Part shown: positions 1 to 10,457 of the stretch, in pieces
How positions within the stretch are numbered: position 1 is the stretch's first letter
How the letters are laid out: each line of letters opens with the position of its first letter
Assembly: GCA_963807605.1 (NCBI GenBank)
Contig: CAWECG010000003.1
Span: forward strand, 512,001 to 576,000
Origin: Candidatus Bathyarchaeota archaeon
Lineage (GTDB): Archaea > Thermoproteota > Bathyarchaeia > 40CM-2-53-6 > RBG-13-38-9
Length of the DNA: 64,000 nt
Direction: 5' to 3'
The notes under the pieces: generated by a model
Database searches by the model: none
What the model was told of the DNA's origin: nothing
What the model saw: only the letters and a program-made list of their open reading frames with translations
Program-made: the position numbers and the translations under genes

Positions 1-570
1 GTTGGAAAATGTCACATCTCGTTTGGATAATTACTCTTATCTTCACTTTTCTCAATACAAGTCCGTTTCAGCTATTCTTCCTCGTATCGCCTAAACCGTA
101 TATCTGGATAAAAAGCCTAGACGAATCCTTTAGAACATCTAGACTCATCTTGAGATTTCTTGCGGTGATACCGTGGCAAATAGTAGGTTGGCATTATTTT
201 AGGAGAACAATCAACGCGCGAAGGCTGTCTCTATGACTTCCGTAGGAGGAGTTCCTTAAACGAAGCAGGAGAAAACGCATAATCGTAAGGATCGGTAGTA
301 TGAACTGAGGCGGTCAATCATTTTGGCTAGGATCACAACACATTGGCTAGATGAAAAAGATTAACATGCTCGAATACCGAGTAGGGTCATCTCACCATAG
401 CGTGCGTTAGGAAAGGGATACGGACTCTCGCTCAATTATTTCTCAATCCATGATCTGAACGGAAACTCTCCATTTTCGATCATTATATGTTCTTGTTAGC
501 AGGACTGCCGGCACATTGACAGCTTGCCTAGTCCAAAACATTTAGAACGTTCGCCGCACAAGATCAAACT

Positions 571-2298
571 ATGATCGCATCCGATTTGTCTTTCAAGATA
601 GGCGGAGAGGCTGGTCAAGGGCTCCAGACTACCGGCTACATTATGTCCAGGAGCCTAGCCAAAAGCGGCCTCTACATCTTTGCTAATCAGGATAACGAAT
701 CTAGAATCAGAGGCGGTCATAACTTTTTTCAGATCCGTGTGAGCGAGAAGCCAGTCCAGAATCTGTCGGAGAATATTCACATAGTAGTTGCCATGGACAA
801 TAGAACGATCACCGAGCACAGAGATGAACTCGTTGAAGATGGCATCATAATCTTCGATGGCGAGAAAATCAAGGTAGCGGAAACGGACGCTAACCTACTG
901 AGCGTTCCTTTTGAAAGGTTGTCTAAGGAAACGACAGGTACAGCGACTATGGCTAACTCAGTGGCTGTAGCGTCGGCACTAAGCCTACTCGATTATGATT
1001 TTGAGTTGCTGACTAGCGTTCTGGATGACACCTTCAAAGAGAAGGGTGCGGAAGTCTCTGAGAAGAACACTCAGGCTGCAAGAGCCGGCTATGATTACAT
1101 TAAGAAGAATGCCGGGGGACGATTCAAGTATCAGCTTAAGATGGCCACGAAAGCTCAAGATAGAATACTGCTCAGCGGAAACGATGCTATAGCCTCCGGG
1201 GCACTGATTTGTGGTTGCAAGTTTATGTCAGGGTATCCTATGAGCCCATCAACCCCGATCCAGCAGTTCTTCGCCTCAAAAATGAAGGATTACCCAGTGG
1301 TCTTTGAGATGGGTGAGGACGAGATTGCTGTCATAAACATGGCTTTGGGCGCCTCATTCGCCGGAGTGAGGTCGATGGTCGCGACATCCGGTGGGGGTTT
1401 CTCACTTATGGTTGAGGCACTTAGCCTCGCAGGCATGACGGAGACACCGGTTGTAATAATCGTCTGTCAAAGACCTGGTCCTGCGACTGGATTTCCCACA
1501 AGGACAGAGCAGGCTGAGCTGGAGTTCGTCATTCACGCAGGTCACGGTGAGTTTCCAAAGGCGGTGCTTGCTCCTGGAAACGCCGAACAAGCCTTCTTCC
1601 TTACGTCGAAAGCCTTCAACCTAGCAGAGAAGTACCAGGTCCCTGTGATACTCCTATCTGACCAACATCTTTCGGACTCATATTTTACCACTGAAAGATT
1701 CGAGACTTCTCTCGTCAAAATCGAGAGGGGGCAGTTCTTCACCGAGTCCGATGCAAAGAAACTTGGAGAATACAAGCGACATATGATTACAGACTCCGGG
1801 GTCTCTCCAAGAATGTTTCCGGGTCAGAGTTGGGGGCTTGTAGTCGCCGATAGCGATGAGCATACGGAGGACGGCCACATTACGGAGCTTGCCGAGGTCA
1901 GAATAAAGAATGTGACTAAACGCCTGAAAAAGTTTGAACTGCTAAGCAGGGAAATCAGCCCTCCTTACACCTATGGTCCCTCAGATGCTGAAACGGTCAT
2001 GATCGGATGGGGTTCAACCTACGGGGCTCTTAGAGAAGCGGCTGATATTCTCAACACTCAGGGCTCCAAGGTCAAGATGCTTCATCTGAGCGAAATATGG
2101 CCGTTCCCCAGGGAAGCTGTAACCGGAGAGCTGAAGAGGGCAAAGTATTCAGTGTGTGTTGAGAGCAACGCAACTGGCCAGATGGCTCACCTCATTAGGG
2201 CTGAGACAGGAATTGAAGTCACTTCCAAGATTTTGAGGTTTGATGGAAGACCCATCTCTCCACAGTTTATCCTGAGAGAACTAGAGAAGGTAAGGTGA
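571..2298 (+). CDS. korA: 2-oxoacid:ferredoxin oxidoreductase subunit alpha (fused gamma-alpha)
   Basis: GGEAGQG N-terminus, YPMSPST, EDEIA, ATSGGGFSLM, QRPGPATGFPT motifs. Confidence 0.93.
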   Translation: MIASDLSFKIGGEAGQGLQTTGYIMSRSLAKSGLYIFANQDNESRIRGGHNFFQIRVSEKPVQNLSENIHIVVAMDNRTITEHRDELVEDGIIIFDGEKIKVAETDANLLSVPFERLSKETTGTATMANSVAVASALSLLDYDFELLTSVLDDTFKEKGAEVSEKNTQAARAGYDYIKKNAGGRFKYQLKMATKAQDRILLSGNDAIASGALICGCKFMSGYPMSPSTPIQQFFASKMKDYPVVFEMGEDEIAVINMALGASFAGVRSMVATSGGGFSLMVEALSLAGMTETPVVIIVCQRPGPATGFPTRTEQAELEFVIHAGHGEFPKAVLAPGNAEQAFFLTSKAFNLAEKYQVPVILLSDQHLSDSYFTTERFETSLVKIERGQFFTESDAKKLGEYKRHMITDSGVSPRMFPGQSWGLVVADSDEHTEDGHITELAEVRIKNVTKRLKKFELLSREISPPYTYGPSDAETVMIGWGSTYGALREAADILNTQGSKVKMLHLSEIWPFPREAVTGELKRAKYSVCVESNATGQMAHLIRAETGIEVTSKILRFDGRPISPQFILRELEKVR

Positions 2299-3158
2299 TA
2301 ATTTTGGTGACAATGGAGAATTACCAAGGCGGCGAAACAGCGTGGTGTCCAGGATGCGGAAACTTTGGGATCCTGACCGCGGTTAAGCGAGCGCTTGTTA
2401 AACTGAACTTGGAGCCACACCAAGTCTTGATGGTCTCAGGAATAGGACAAGCAAGCAAACTGCCACACTACATGCGATGTAATCTCTTCGACGGCCTCCA
2501 CGGCAGGATTCTGCCAGTTGCGACAGCGGCGAAAATAGCAAACCCCAAACTGACGGTGATAGCCGATGGAGGAGATGGGGAGATCTACGGAGAAGGCGGA
2601 AACCACTTAATCCATACCATCAGGAGAAACCCGGATATTACTTGTCTTGTACATGACAATCAGGTTTATGCTCTTACCAAAGGGCAGGCTTGTCCCACAA
2701 GTGAAGATGGCTACGTAACCAAGACTACCCCCCTGGGAACATTTTCAAGACGATTCAATACCACATCCTTAGCGGTTGCACTCGGGGCTTCCTTCGTCGC
2801 TCGCAGCTACGCAGGTAATGTAGCACATTTAGCAGACCTAATCGCACAGGGGATATCGAACCGGGGCTTCAGCCTAATTAATATCCTTCAACCGTGCGTG
2901 ACCTGGAACCATTTGAATACTTACCAGTGGTATGGAAGTAGAGTATACAAGCTTGATAGCTCATACAATCCTAAGGACAAGATGGCCGCGTTCCAGAAAG
3001 CCCAAGAGTGGGGAGAGCGAATCCCGATAGGAGTAATCTACACTGAAGAAAGACCGACATACGGAGATCATAACTCGAGAATCATTCAGATGCCTCTTGC
3101 TGAACAACTGCATGATCTGAAGAGTTACGAGAAGATTCTGGACGATTTCAGAGTATGA
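2295..3158 (+). CDS. korB: 2-oxoacid:ferredoxin oxidoreductase subunit beta (start may be ATG 2313)
   Basis: WCPGCGNFGIL, GDG..GEGGNH TPP-binding motif, LQPCVT; overlaps korA stop. Confidence 0.93.
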   Translation: MIILVTMENYQGGETAWCPGCGNFGILTAVKRALVKLNLEPHQVLMVSGIGQASKLPHYMRCNLFDGLHGRILPVATAAKIANPKLTVIADGGDGEIYGEGGNHLIHTIRRNPDITCLVHDNQVYALTKGQACPTSEDGYVTKTTPLGTFSRRFNTTSLAVALGASFVARSYAGNVAHLADLIAQGISNRGFSLINILQPCVTWNHLNTYQWYGSRVYKLDSSYNPKDKMAAFQKAQEWGERIPIGVIYTEERPTYGDHNSRIIQMPLAEQLHDLKSYEKILDDFRV

Positions 3159-3397
3159 ACTGAGTCGCGAGGTTACTGCAAGAAGACAGATCACGACAGG
3201 AGGATAGGGCTCAACCCTAAGTCCCACTTTTCAGAAATGACGCATCAAAATGCCGAAGTGGGAGCACACAAGGTGGGTTTGTTTTCTTGACCTTTCAACT
3301 GCAATGATCTCAGCAACAAGATCATCACTCGCGTTTTCTCTGAACGTTGACAGAATAGAATCCGCACGTAAAAGACTTTATTGACATTCGTCAGTAA

Positions 3398-3955
3398 TTA
3401 TGTTGCAGGGCTTGATCTTCTTGCCTTCTTAGGATTAACCTTAACCATTATTGCATTATCAGTGGTATCGTATGTGACATCCAAGCCGATGTCTTCCGCA
3501 TACTTCTTGATGACCTCAGCCGAGAAGATCGACCACTGACGACAAAGCCTATGTCGTATGGTAAACTGGTCCCCATATTCGCCCTTTGCATACGAAAACG
3601 GCCGCATATGCATGTGTCTCTCCATGAATTCAACCAGTCTTCTGAGAACCTCAAGGTCGCCCCACCGTAGAGCGCGTATCCCACTTCCTTAAAGATGGGA
3701 GTCCCGACTTCGTGAGCTATGTTCATCAGATCGTCATCGTCGATGTGTTGCAGGAATCCGTTTAGTAATGTTTTGCTTATTTTCACCAGTTCGAACTGAT
3801 CAGATATCGGCTCCCCTTCAAGGCTCCTCCGGAGGGTTCGGGTAACGTAGCTGTTCAGACTCAAATCCTTTCTGGAGGCTTGCCTTCTAAGTTCACTCTC
3901 AAGGTCTGAGCTGATTCTGAACGAGACTGTTCTGGAATCGTTTTTTCAAAACCAT
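3398..3955 (-). pseudogene. RHH-domain archaeal hypothetical protein split by two frameshifts
   Basis: Frame of ORF 3448..3864 continues upstream as SRTVSFRISSDLESELRRQASRKDLSLNSYV (RHH-like) but is out of frame with ATG at 3955 (A6 run); C-terminus continues in ORF 3398..3625. Confidence 0.55.
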
Positions 3956-4370
3956 CTCGATGACTGCCCATGTTCGGTATACAAGATTATATATTGCTGG
4001 ATTATTTGTGTTCTTCCGTTTATGATCATATGTATTGCAAATGCAGGTATTGTTTACAAGCAGAATCTCTGGGTGTGGTTCACTGGCTTTACAAGGGCAT
4101 TATGCTAGCAGAGATCACTGTGTACGAGTGACTGGGGCTTAACCAGGTCTATTGTTGTTGTACGCCGAAATTGTATCTGGGAGTGAGGGGTTGTGTCTTG
4201 GCAAGTCAGGAACGGGTTTCGTGATTGATACAGCGCTAGGGATCCAGGCCTTCTTCTCAGAGTGAATGACTCCATAGATTTGTTACCTGCGATTGGAAGG
4301 CAGGGTTACGCTAGGCACATATGTAGTACCTATGATATTTTGACACGCAAAATCGTGCAATCGAGACAGG

Positions 4371-4634
4371 TTGCAGGAGGTTGAGAGTTTGCCTAGGACA
4401 ATGAATGCGCTCTCCACGATGATGGCTCAGAAGAGGGTTCCAATTCGGATTCCCGGCCCCATGATGAATGAAGTGGACAGGATCGTCAGGGACCATCCAG
4501 AACTGAATTTCAATAGACAGCAGTTTGTCGAGTCTTCCTTGAGAGAGAAGATTGTGCGCATCATACTGCTTGAAGGTGTAAGGACAAACACCAATCAAGT
4601 GACAGTAGGAAACCAGATAGAAACCATATGCTAG
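4371..4634 (+). CDS. CopG/ribbon-helix-helix DNA-binding protein
   Basis: RVPIRIPGPMMNEVDRIV...NRQQFVESSLREKI RHH pattern. Confidence 0.7.
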   Translation: MQEVESLPRTMNALSTMMAQKRVPIRIPGPMMNEVDRIVRDHPELNFNRQQFVESSLREKIVRIILLEGVRTNTNQVTVGNQIETIC

Positions 4635-4808
4635 TGGCTTGAACCGCCACTCAGAAACGAACGCCTCTTCATCGGATTAGCCGCGCTCTGTCACTCCGGG
4701 TTGTCGATCCCAGTTATACAAGAGATATGTGCAATATCTGTTCTGTAAGAATAATGTATAGCGATCAGTCCAGGAGTTGAGAGGTTGCCTGGTACAATCA
4801 ACAGCTTG

Positions 4809-4895
4809 ATGAATCAGAGGCGTGTCACAATTCGGCTTCCGAGCGGCATGATGAATGAGGTCGATAGTACGTTAAGGTTGCTTCACATATTGTGA
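4809..4895 (+). pseudogene. Truncated paralog of the adjacent RHH gene
   Basis: MNQRRVTIRLPSGMMNEVDS matches MAQKRVPIRIPGPMMNEVDR; upstream CAGGAG(G)TTGAGAG.TTGCCT is also duplicated. Confidence 0.6.
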
Positions 4896-5142
4896 GTGGT
4901 ACTGAGAGGATTCTTGGGATCGATCTGACCAGCGACAAGCAACAAAAACTCGAAGACCACATTATGCAACTACTGTTGGATGAGTCCAGCCCTGAAGAGA
5001 TGACAGAAGAAAGAGTCTTCAGATGGATTGAAACAAGAATTCAGAAGCTGGACACACAATAAGTTCATGGTATTTCGCGCGCACTCATGATTGCAACATT
5101 ACTGCTCAAACCTTTTCAATTACCCCCAATTGATTATGCGCC

Positions 5143-5988
5143 ATGCGTATTCAAGTCACTTTAACGCCGCCTGAATCGAAGAAGATTATAGCCCAAGCGG
5201 TTGCAGCACTGGATGTTGTTGAGCAGGCAAGGAAGGAAGGGATAATCCTTGTCAGTACCAGCACAACGTGCACATTCATTCTCGAAGAACTGACCCACAG
5301 AAAGATCACACATGGCTACGGATGTGGTATAGTTATACCGAGAGGAACCTGCATAATGCAAGAGATGCTCGATTCCATACGTCGACGAGGATACCCAAAA
5401 GTATGGGTATTGGAAAAAGGCACCTTGCACGAAGACCCAGAACTTGACGACGTTCTAAAACAAATGGGCGCGCGGGACGTCTTCATAAAAGGTGCCAACG
5501 CTTTAGACCCACAAGGGAATGCAGGGATCTTCCTTGGCAGCCCAATAGGCGGTACAGTTGGCAGAGTCCTAGGAACCGCGATGGCCAAAGGAATCAATAT
5601 GATTATTCCAGTAGGTCTGGAGAAGATGATACCAACACCAATTTCGAAGGCAGCCGCTGAAGCGGGCATCAACAGGATGGACTATTCAATGGGTATGCCA
5701 GTAGGGTTACTCCCCCTCAATGGAACAGTCATCGATGAGGTCAAAGCATTCCAGATATTGGCTGGCGCAGAAGCGATCCCGATAGGCGCAGGCGGATTAA
5801 ATGGAGCAGAAGGCTCGATCACGCTAGTCATCAAAGGTTCAGACAGTCAGGTCGAAAAGAGTTTGAAGATAGCAAAATCCGTTAAAGGGACTCAAGAGCC
5901 TGACGTGCGGCCAGCGGAGTGTCTAGACTGCAGATATCCGAGATGTTCTCTAGGTGCAGAAGCTGCAGCCGAGAATAAATCGGAATAG
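5143..5988 (+). CDS. Conserved hypothetical protein (IKGANALD/GGTVG family, C-terminal CxxC)
   Basis: Long ORF with FIKGANALDPQGNAG and IIPVGLEK motifs; function not assignable. Confidence 0.75.
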   Translation: MRIQVTLTPPESKKIIAQAVAALDVVEQARKEGIILVSTSTTCTFILEELTHRKITHGYGCGIVIPRGTCIMQEMLDSIRRRGYPKVWVLEKGTLHEDPELDDVLKQMGARDVFIKGANALDPQGNAGIFLGSPIGGTVGRVLGTAMAKGINMIIPVGLEKMIPTPISKAAAEAGINRMDYSMGMPVGLLPLNGTVIDEVKAFQILAGAEAIPIGAGGLNGAEGSITLVIKGSDSQVEKSLKIAKSVKGTQEPDVRPAECLDCRYPRCSLGAEAAAENKSE

Positions 5989-6103
5989 CCCCGGCCATCT
6001 TTCTTCTGGTTCACCAGCCGTAGTCTCCTGTGAGATGCATCAGTGCAGTCACGATCGTGAGAATCCAGCGTAGAACAAAGTCGCAGAATACGAGGTTAGA
6101 GTA

Positions 6104-7066
6104 TTGCTCGGGACAATAGATTCAATGAGTGTTGAGATTCAAAACCAGATAGAAGATCTTCCTCGATATGCCCGCTACCTTTCCGAATTGTCGGCGGCTC
6201 CTGATAGGGAGAAGGGGGGAAGAAAATGCGTCTTCACAGGTGCCGGTGATTCCTTCGCTGCAGCTTTGGCAGCTGAACAGCTAAGCGAATACGCTGCAAG
6301 ATGCTTTGATCCTTACGAGATTAGTTTGCGACCTTCCGTAGTAACAGACTCGCACCTGTATGTTGTCTCAGTTTCAGGCAGGACAAAGAGTAACATCGAA
6401 GCCGCAAAGGCAGCCAAGAAATATGCCGCGAGAGTCACGGCAATTACTGCAAATCGAGACAGCGCCTTATCCAAGTCATCTGATGACGTCTTGGACCTTA
6501 GATTCTGCAGTGAAGGCAGACTGACTCCGGGGACTGGAAGCTTTACTGCAAGTCTCCTAGCCTGCTATTCACGTATCCAATCACTCCCCGAAATCTCCGA
6601 CCTCTCTCATATTTACGAAGAGGCCTTATTGTGGTCTGCTGAAACTGATGTTCCAATAAATTCAACTACTTTCTTCGTTGGCACGGGTTTGGCCTACCCC
6701 CTAGCCATTTATGGCAAGGCTAAGATCCACGAGGTTTTGGGATCCAAGGCTCAATCCCAGACGACTGAACAGTTCAGCCATATGGAGCTTTTCTCATTGA
6801 CAAGAGATGATCTGGTTATCGTAATGCCAGAGGATGAACATGACGATCTAGCGAGAGAACTTCATAGTCTGCTAGAGGAGATGCCTTTTCGGGCCGTGTT
6901 ATTCCCCACGAAGAATGATGACCGAATCAAAGATTCCTTGAGGGGAGCAATCTATCTTCAGACCCTGGCATGGAACACGGCAAAAGACCACGGAGTAAGA
7001 GAATGCGCGTTTGTCGATAAGAAACATCTGCTTGCGATAAGCGACAAGATGATATACATCCCATAG
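6104..7066 (+). CDS. SIS-domain sugar isomerase / GlmS-like protein
   Basis: FTGAGDS, VSVSGRT, ITANRDS, EQFSH two-SIS pattern. Confidence 0.85.
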   Translation: MLGTIDSMSVEIQNQIEDLPRYARYLSELSAAPDREKGGRKCVFTGAGDSFAAALAAEQLSEYAARCFDPYEISLRPSVVTDSHLYVVSVSGRTKSNIEAAKAAKKYAARVTAITANRDSALSKSSDDVLDLRFCSEGRLTPGTGSFTASLLACYSRIQSLPEISDLSHIYEEALLWSAETDVPINSTTFFVGTGLAYPLAIYGKAKIHEVLGSKAQSQTTEQFSHMELFSLTRDDLVIVMPEDEHDDLARELHSLLEEMPFRAVLFPTKNDDRIKDSLRGAIYLQTLAWNTAKDHGVRECAFVDKKHLLAISDKMIYIP

Positions 7067-7135
7067 GTTGATACGCCCAAAAGAGCAGATCAGCGAGCGG
7101 ACTATGTTTCAGCCAAAGAGGATGTCGCAAATATC

Positions 7136-7801
7136 ATGACAATACTTCAAGCCGATATCTTTGGAAGCCCTAACATAGGCGTCTACTGTTTCGCATGCGA
7201 AGGATGGGCAGCGGTTCCCGCCGGCACTCCCCCGAATAAGAAGAAGAAATTCAGCGAGTGCCTCGAGGTGGACGTCTGCGAGGTAGATATCGCAGGCTCC
7301 AGTCTTTTGGGCATATTGTTGGCGGGAAACGCTAACGGCTTGGCACTTCCGGATATAATCCACCCCCATGAACTCGAGACCATAAAGAAGTCCACTCAGA
7401 GTAACATCGAGACTTTGAAGGATGAGAGAAACGCTCTAGGCAACCTAATTCTGGCGAACGATCATGGGGCGATAGTCGACCCCTCCTTTTCAACAACAAC
7501 AATCAGAGCACTTGAGCAACTTCTCCAGGTTGAGGTCGTCAAAGGATACATCTCAGGTTTTCCTTACGTCGGCTCTCTGGGCGTCGCAACAAATAAAGGA
7601 GCGATTATACATCCCTTGATACGTGATGACGAGAAGGAAACTCTAGAGGAAGTATTGAAGGTTCCAATCGAACCTTCAACAGTCAATGGAGGCGTTCCCT
7701 TCATAAGGTCAGGCCTCCTAGCAACCAGCCTCGGGGTAGTAACCGGCCCGTTGACTGCAGGCAATGAGCTCATGGTTATATCAAGGATGATGGAGGTATA
7801 A
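7136..7801 (+). CDS. eif6: Translation initiation factor 6 (aIF6)
   Basis: GSPNIGVY, ALGNLILAND, TVNGGVPF repeats; canonical neighbours. Confidence 0.93.
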   Translation: MTILQADIFGSPNIGVYCFACEGWAAVPAGTPPNKKKKFSECLEVDVCEVDIAGSSLLGILLAGNANGLALPDIIHPHELETIKKSTQSNIETLKDERNALGNLILANDHGAIVDPSFSTTTIRALEQLLQVEVVKGYISGFPYVGSLGVATNKGAIIHPLIRDDEKETLEEVLKVPIEPSTVNGGVPFIRSGLLATSLGVVTGPLTAGNELMVISRMMEV

Positions 7802-7816
7802 AGAGGCGAAGTTTGA

Positions 7817-8038
7817 ATGAGCGAAGTCAAAACATTTCGGATCACTGGAGAGATCAAGAAGCCAAACGGCAACATAAACTTCTCAAAAGAAATGAAGGGC
7901 CTGCGAAAGGAGCAAGTGGTAGAAAGACTATACGCCGAACTGGGCAGCAAACATAAAGCCAAAAGATTTGAGATAACATTTAAGAAGATAACAGAAGAAA
8001 AGCCGGCGCCCGAGAAAGCAACCAAGACAAGGAAGTGA
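7817..8038 (+). CDS. rpl18a: 50S ribosomal protein LX (L18Ae/eL20)
   Basis: VKTFRITG...ERLYAELGSKHKAKR; between eif6 and pfdA. Confidence 0.9.
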   Translation: MSEVKTFRITGEIKKPNGNINFSKEMKGLRKEQVVERLYAELGSKHKAKRFEITFKKITEEKPAPEKATKTRK

Positions 8039-8044
8039 AGATAA

Positions 8045-8482
8045 CTGGCATCAAGTGAAGAGGAACTTAGGAGACTGCTTACCGAGATAAGAATGATGGA
8101 AGGCTCGGCCAACATTGTCCAGACTAGACTTAGAATAGTGTCAGCAGCATTGGACGAGACACTCATCGCGACAAGAGCCCTAGAGGGTGTCAAAGACTAC
8201 CAAAAGGGGACAGAGACGCTAATCCCTATTGGTGCAGGATCCTTCCTCCGGGTCGAGCTGGCAGATATCGATAGAGTGATAACCGGCGTTGGGGCAGGTG
8301 TCTGCATAGAGAAGAGTGTAGACTCCTCAATTCTGTCTCTCAAAGAAAGGGAGGCTGAACTTGATAAGCTAAGTAGCTCATTACAGCAGCAACTTGGACA
8401 GTTATCCACGAGCATTGAGAGTTCAAAGGACAACCTCGCAAGACTAGTCCAACAACAGAACGAGTCGCCAGCTAGAGCTTAG
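8045..8482 (+). CDS. pfdA: Prefoldin subunit alpha (probable CTG start at 8045)
   Basis: ETLIPIGAGSF and VITGVGAGVCIEK hairpins; open frame extends to CTG GCA TCA AGT GAA GAG GAA CTT directly after an in-frame TAA. Confidence 0.9.
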   Translation: MASSEEELRRLLTEIRMMEGSANIVQTRLRIVSAALDETLIATRALEGVKDYQKGTETLIPIGAGSFLRVELADIDRVITGVGAGVCIEKSVDSSILSLKEREAELDKLSSSLQQQLGQLSTSIESSKDNLARLVQQQNESPARA

Positions 8483-8521
8483 CCGCGCACACCCAGATTG
8501 AAGAAGAAAGGACGAAAAAAA

Positions 8522-9427
8522 TTGTTTGAACGGCTTAAGACTGGACTAGAGGATTTCATCGATAAAGTCTCAAAGACAGAACTTAATGAGAAGACGATAA
8601 AAAGCCTGCTTGAAGAGTTCAAGATTATACTCATCCAGAATGATGTTGCCTACTCGGTAGCTGAAGAAATCTGCAACGAACTCGGTGATGAAATCAAAAA
8701 GGTCGAAGTCCGCAGATTTGGTGATCACAAGAAGACAGCTCGGACGATTCTCCGAGAGGTCCTTTGCAAGACCTTAGAGAAAGGTGAGAAGAACGATTTC
8801 CTTGATCTAGTGAAGAGAAAACGAGAGATGAAGGAGCCTGCCATAATAGTTTTTGTAGGCATAAATGGAACGGGAAAGACTACAACCATTGCGAAGATAG
8901 CCAACTTCTTGATGAAGAATGGCTTCACAACCGTTTTAGCATGTGCAGATACTTACCGAACCGGATCCATCGAGCAGATCGAAGAACATGGTAGAAGACT
9001 GGGTGTCAAGACAATAAAACACACATACGGAGCTGATGCTGCGGCGGTAGCCTACGACACAGTGAACTATGCTAGGGCTCACAGCACTGATACGGTCTTG
9101 ATCGATACTGCCGGAAGAATGCAGACGAACAAGAATCTACTTGACGAGATGAAGAAGATCATCAGAGTCACTAAACCAGACCTTACTCTCCTCGTTGTCG
9201 ATTCGCTCACTGGAAATGACGCCGCAGAGCAGGGCGCAGTCTTCAGCGGGGCTGTGCCGATTGACGGGATAATACTTACGAAACTCGACGCTGATGCGAA
9301 AGGTGGAAGTGCAATATCTATCTCAAGAATTACAGGAAAGCCCGTCGTATTCATGGGAATCGGGCAAGGATACGGCGACCTCTTGGGCTTCGATCCGAAT
9401 TTCATCATAAACAAGATTTTGGGCTGA
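8522..9427 (+). CDS. ftsY: SRP receptor FtsY
   Basis: GINGTGKTTT, DTAGRMQ, TKLDADAKGG; TTG start giving MFERLK. Confidence 0.95.
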   Translation: MFERLKTGLEDFIDKVSKTELNEKTIKSLLEEFKIILIQNDVAYSVAEEICNELGDEIKKVEVRRFGDHKKTARTILREVLCKTLEKGEKNDFLDLVKRKREMKEPAIIVFVGINGTGKTTTIAKIANFLMKNGFTTVLACADTYRTGSIEQIEEHGRRLGVKTIKHTYGADAAAVAYDTVNYARAHSTDTVLIDTAGRMQTNKNLLDEMKKIIRVTKPDLTLLVVDSLTGNDAAEQGAVFSGAVPIDGIILTKLDADAKGGSAISISRITGKPVVFMGIGQGYGDLLGFDPNFIINKILG

Positions 9428-9949
9428 GATTTTTCTCTTAAACCGTTTTCACCCTGATCCTGCTGTCGTGTGGATCTATTTTTACGAACGAGCGTCTCAT
9501 TGACGGGTAGTAGTTTAGGTCTATTTCAGGGGTTACCAGCACGCGAATACGCTGTCACTCCTCCTGAACTGCAACAGAGACAAAATGCACTTGTAGATGC
9601 GCAGGCCACTGTCACGTGATCTGGCTTAAGACGACTTGACTGGCATCTTACCGAGGATTATGGGTATGCGTACTAATCATTTAGTTTATTGCCCAAACTG
9701 TGGTCTAGTCACTCGTGAGGATATTACTACCATCTGCTATACTGCTTCCACCTGCTTCTACTGCGGAACGAGATTAGAAGACGCTTAACGAAGTAGCGTG
9801 CTCCATAAGCGTAGAATTGCGGACAAGCAAAAAGTCACCAAATGTCCTTTCAAATCAGATGGAGAAAACGGAATAATTTCGATAGGCGGGCGCAGACGAC
9901 CGGTATTACTTATATTCCAAGTGTGCATCTAGAAGGCAGAGGTTTACGG

Positions 9950-10402
9950 TTGTCAACAGGGAACTCCGAACTTGCCAAGATGAAAGTTGCAGAATTGAGA
10001 GAACTGGCTGAGCATCTTGGTATTGAAGCCCCATCAAAGAAGACCAAGGCCCAATTGGTAAGGGCGATCACGAAGAAACAAAAGGCTCCCGCTCCAGTTG
10101 AACCGCCAAAAGTAAAGGCCAAGCCCGCTGCTCCAATTGAAAAGGTGTACGGGATCTTCGTCAACTATAGGCAAGGCATGTTTAAGCAGAACATACATAG
10201 TCTTCTGTTAAGAATCCCAGGAATAGCTGATGCTGGCTCCGCCTCAAAGTATATTGGGCGAAAGGTCGTCTGGAACTCTCAAACTGGAAAAAGAATTGTT
10301 GGCAAGGTCGTCTCGATCCACGGTCGAGGCGGCATTCTTCTGAGCCGTTTCAGAAATAGTCTACCTGGACAGGCTATTGGAACTAGAGTAGAAATAGTCT
10401 GA
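9950..10402 (+). CDS. rpl35ae: 50S ribosomal protein L35Ae (eL33) with N-terminal Rho-N/HeH-like extension
   Basis: GIFVNYRQG...YIGRKVVW...GKVVSIHGRGG...LPGQAIG; TATA-like CTTATAT at 9909 and GAGGT before TTG 9950. Confidence 0.85.
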   Translation: MSTGNSELAKMKVAELRELAEHLGIEAPSKKTKAQLVRAITKKQKAPAPVEPPKVKAKPAAPIEKVYGIFVNYRQGMFKQNIHSLLLRIPGIADAGSASKYIGRKVVWNSQTGKRIVGKVVSIHGRGGILLSRFRNSLPGQAIGTRVEIV

Positions 10403-10457
10403 CATGCGCTCCTGGACTCGGAAACGCCTGGACAGAGAACAATTAAACTTCAATGCC

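Noticed and set aside
9-236. 75-aa ORF at the window start
   Set aside because: No recognisable motif; may be the tail of an upstream gene.
3935-3955. AAAAAAC as a programmed -1 frameshift site
   Set aside because: The shift needed is +1 and the gene has a second frameshift, so decay or error is more likely.
9430-9900. Long ftsY-rpl35ae intergenic region as a possible ncRNA
   Set aside because: No recognisable tRNA, SRP or RNase P motif and no strong stem.
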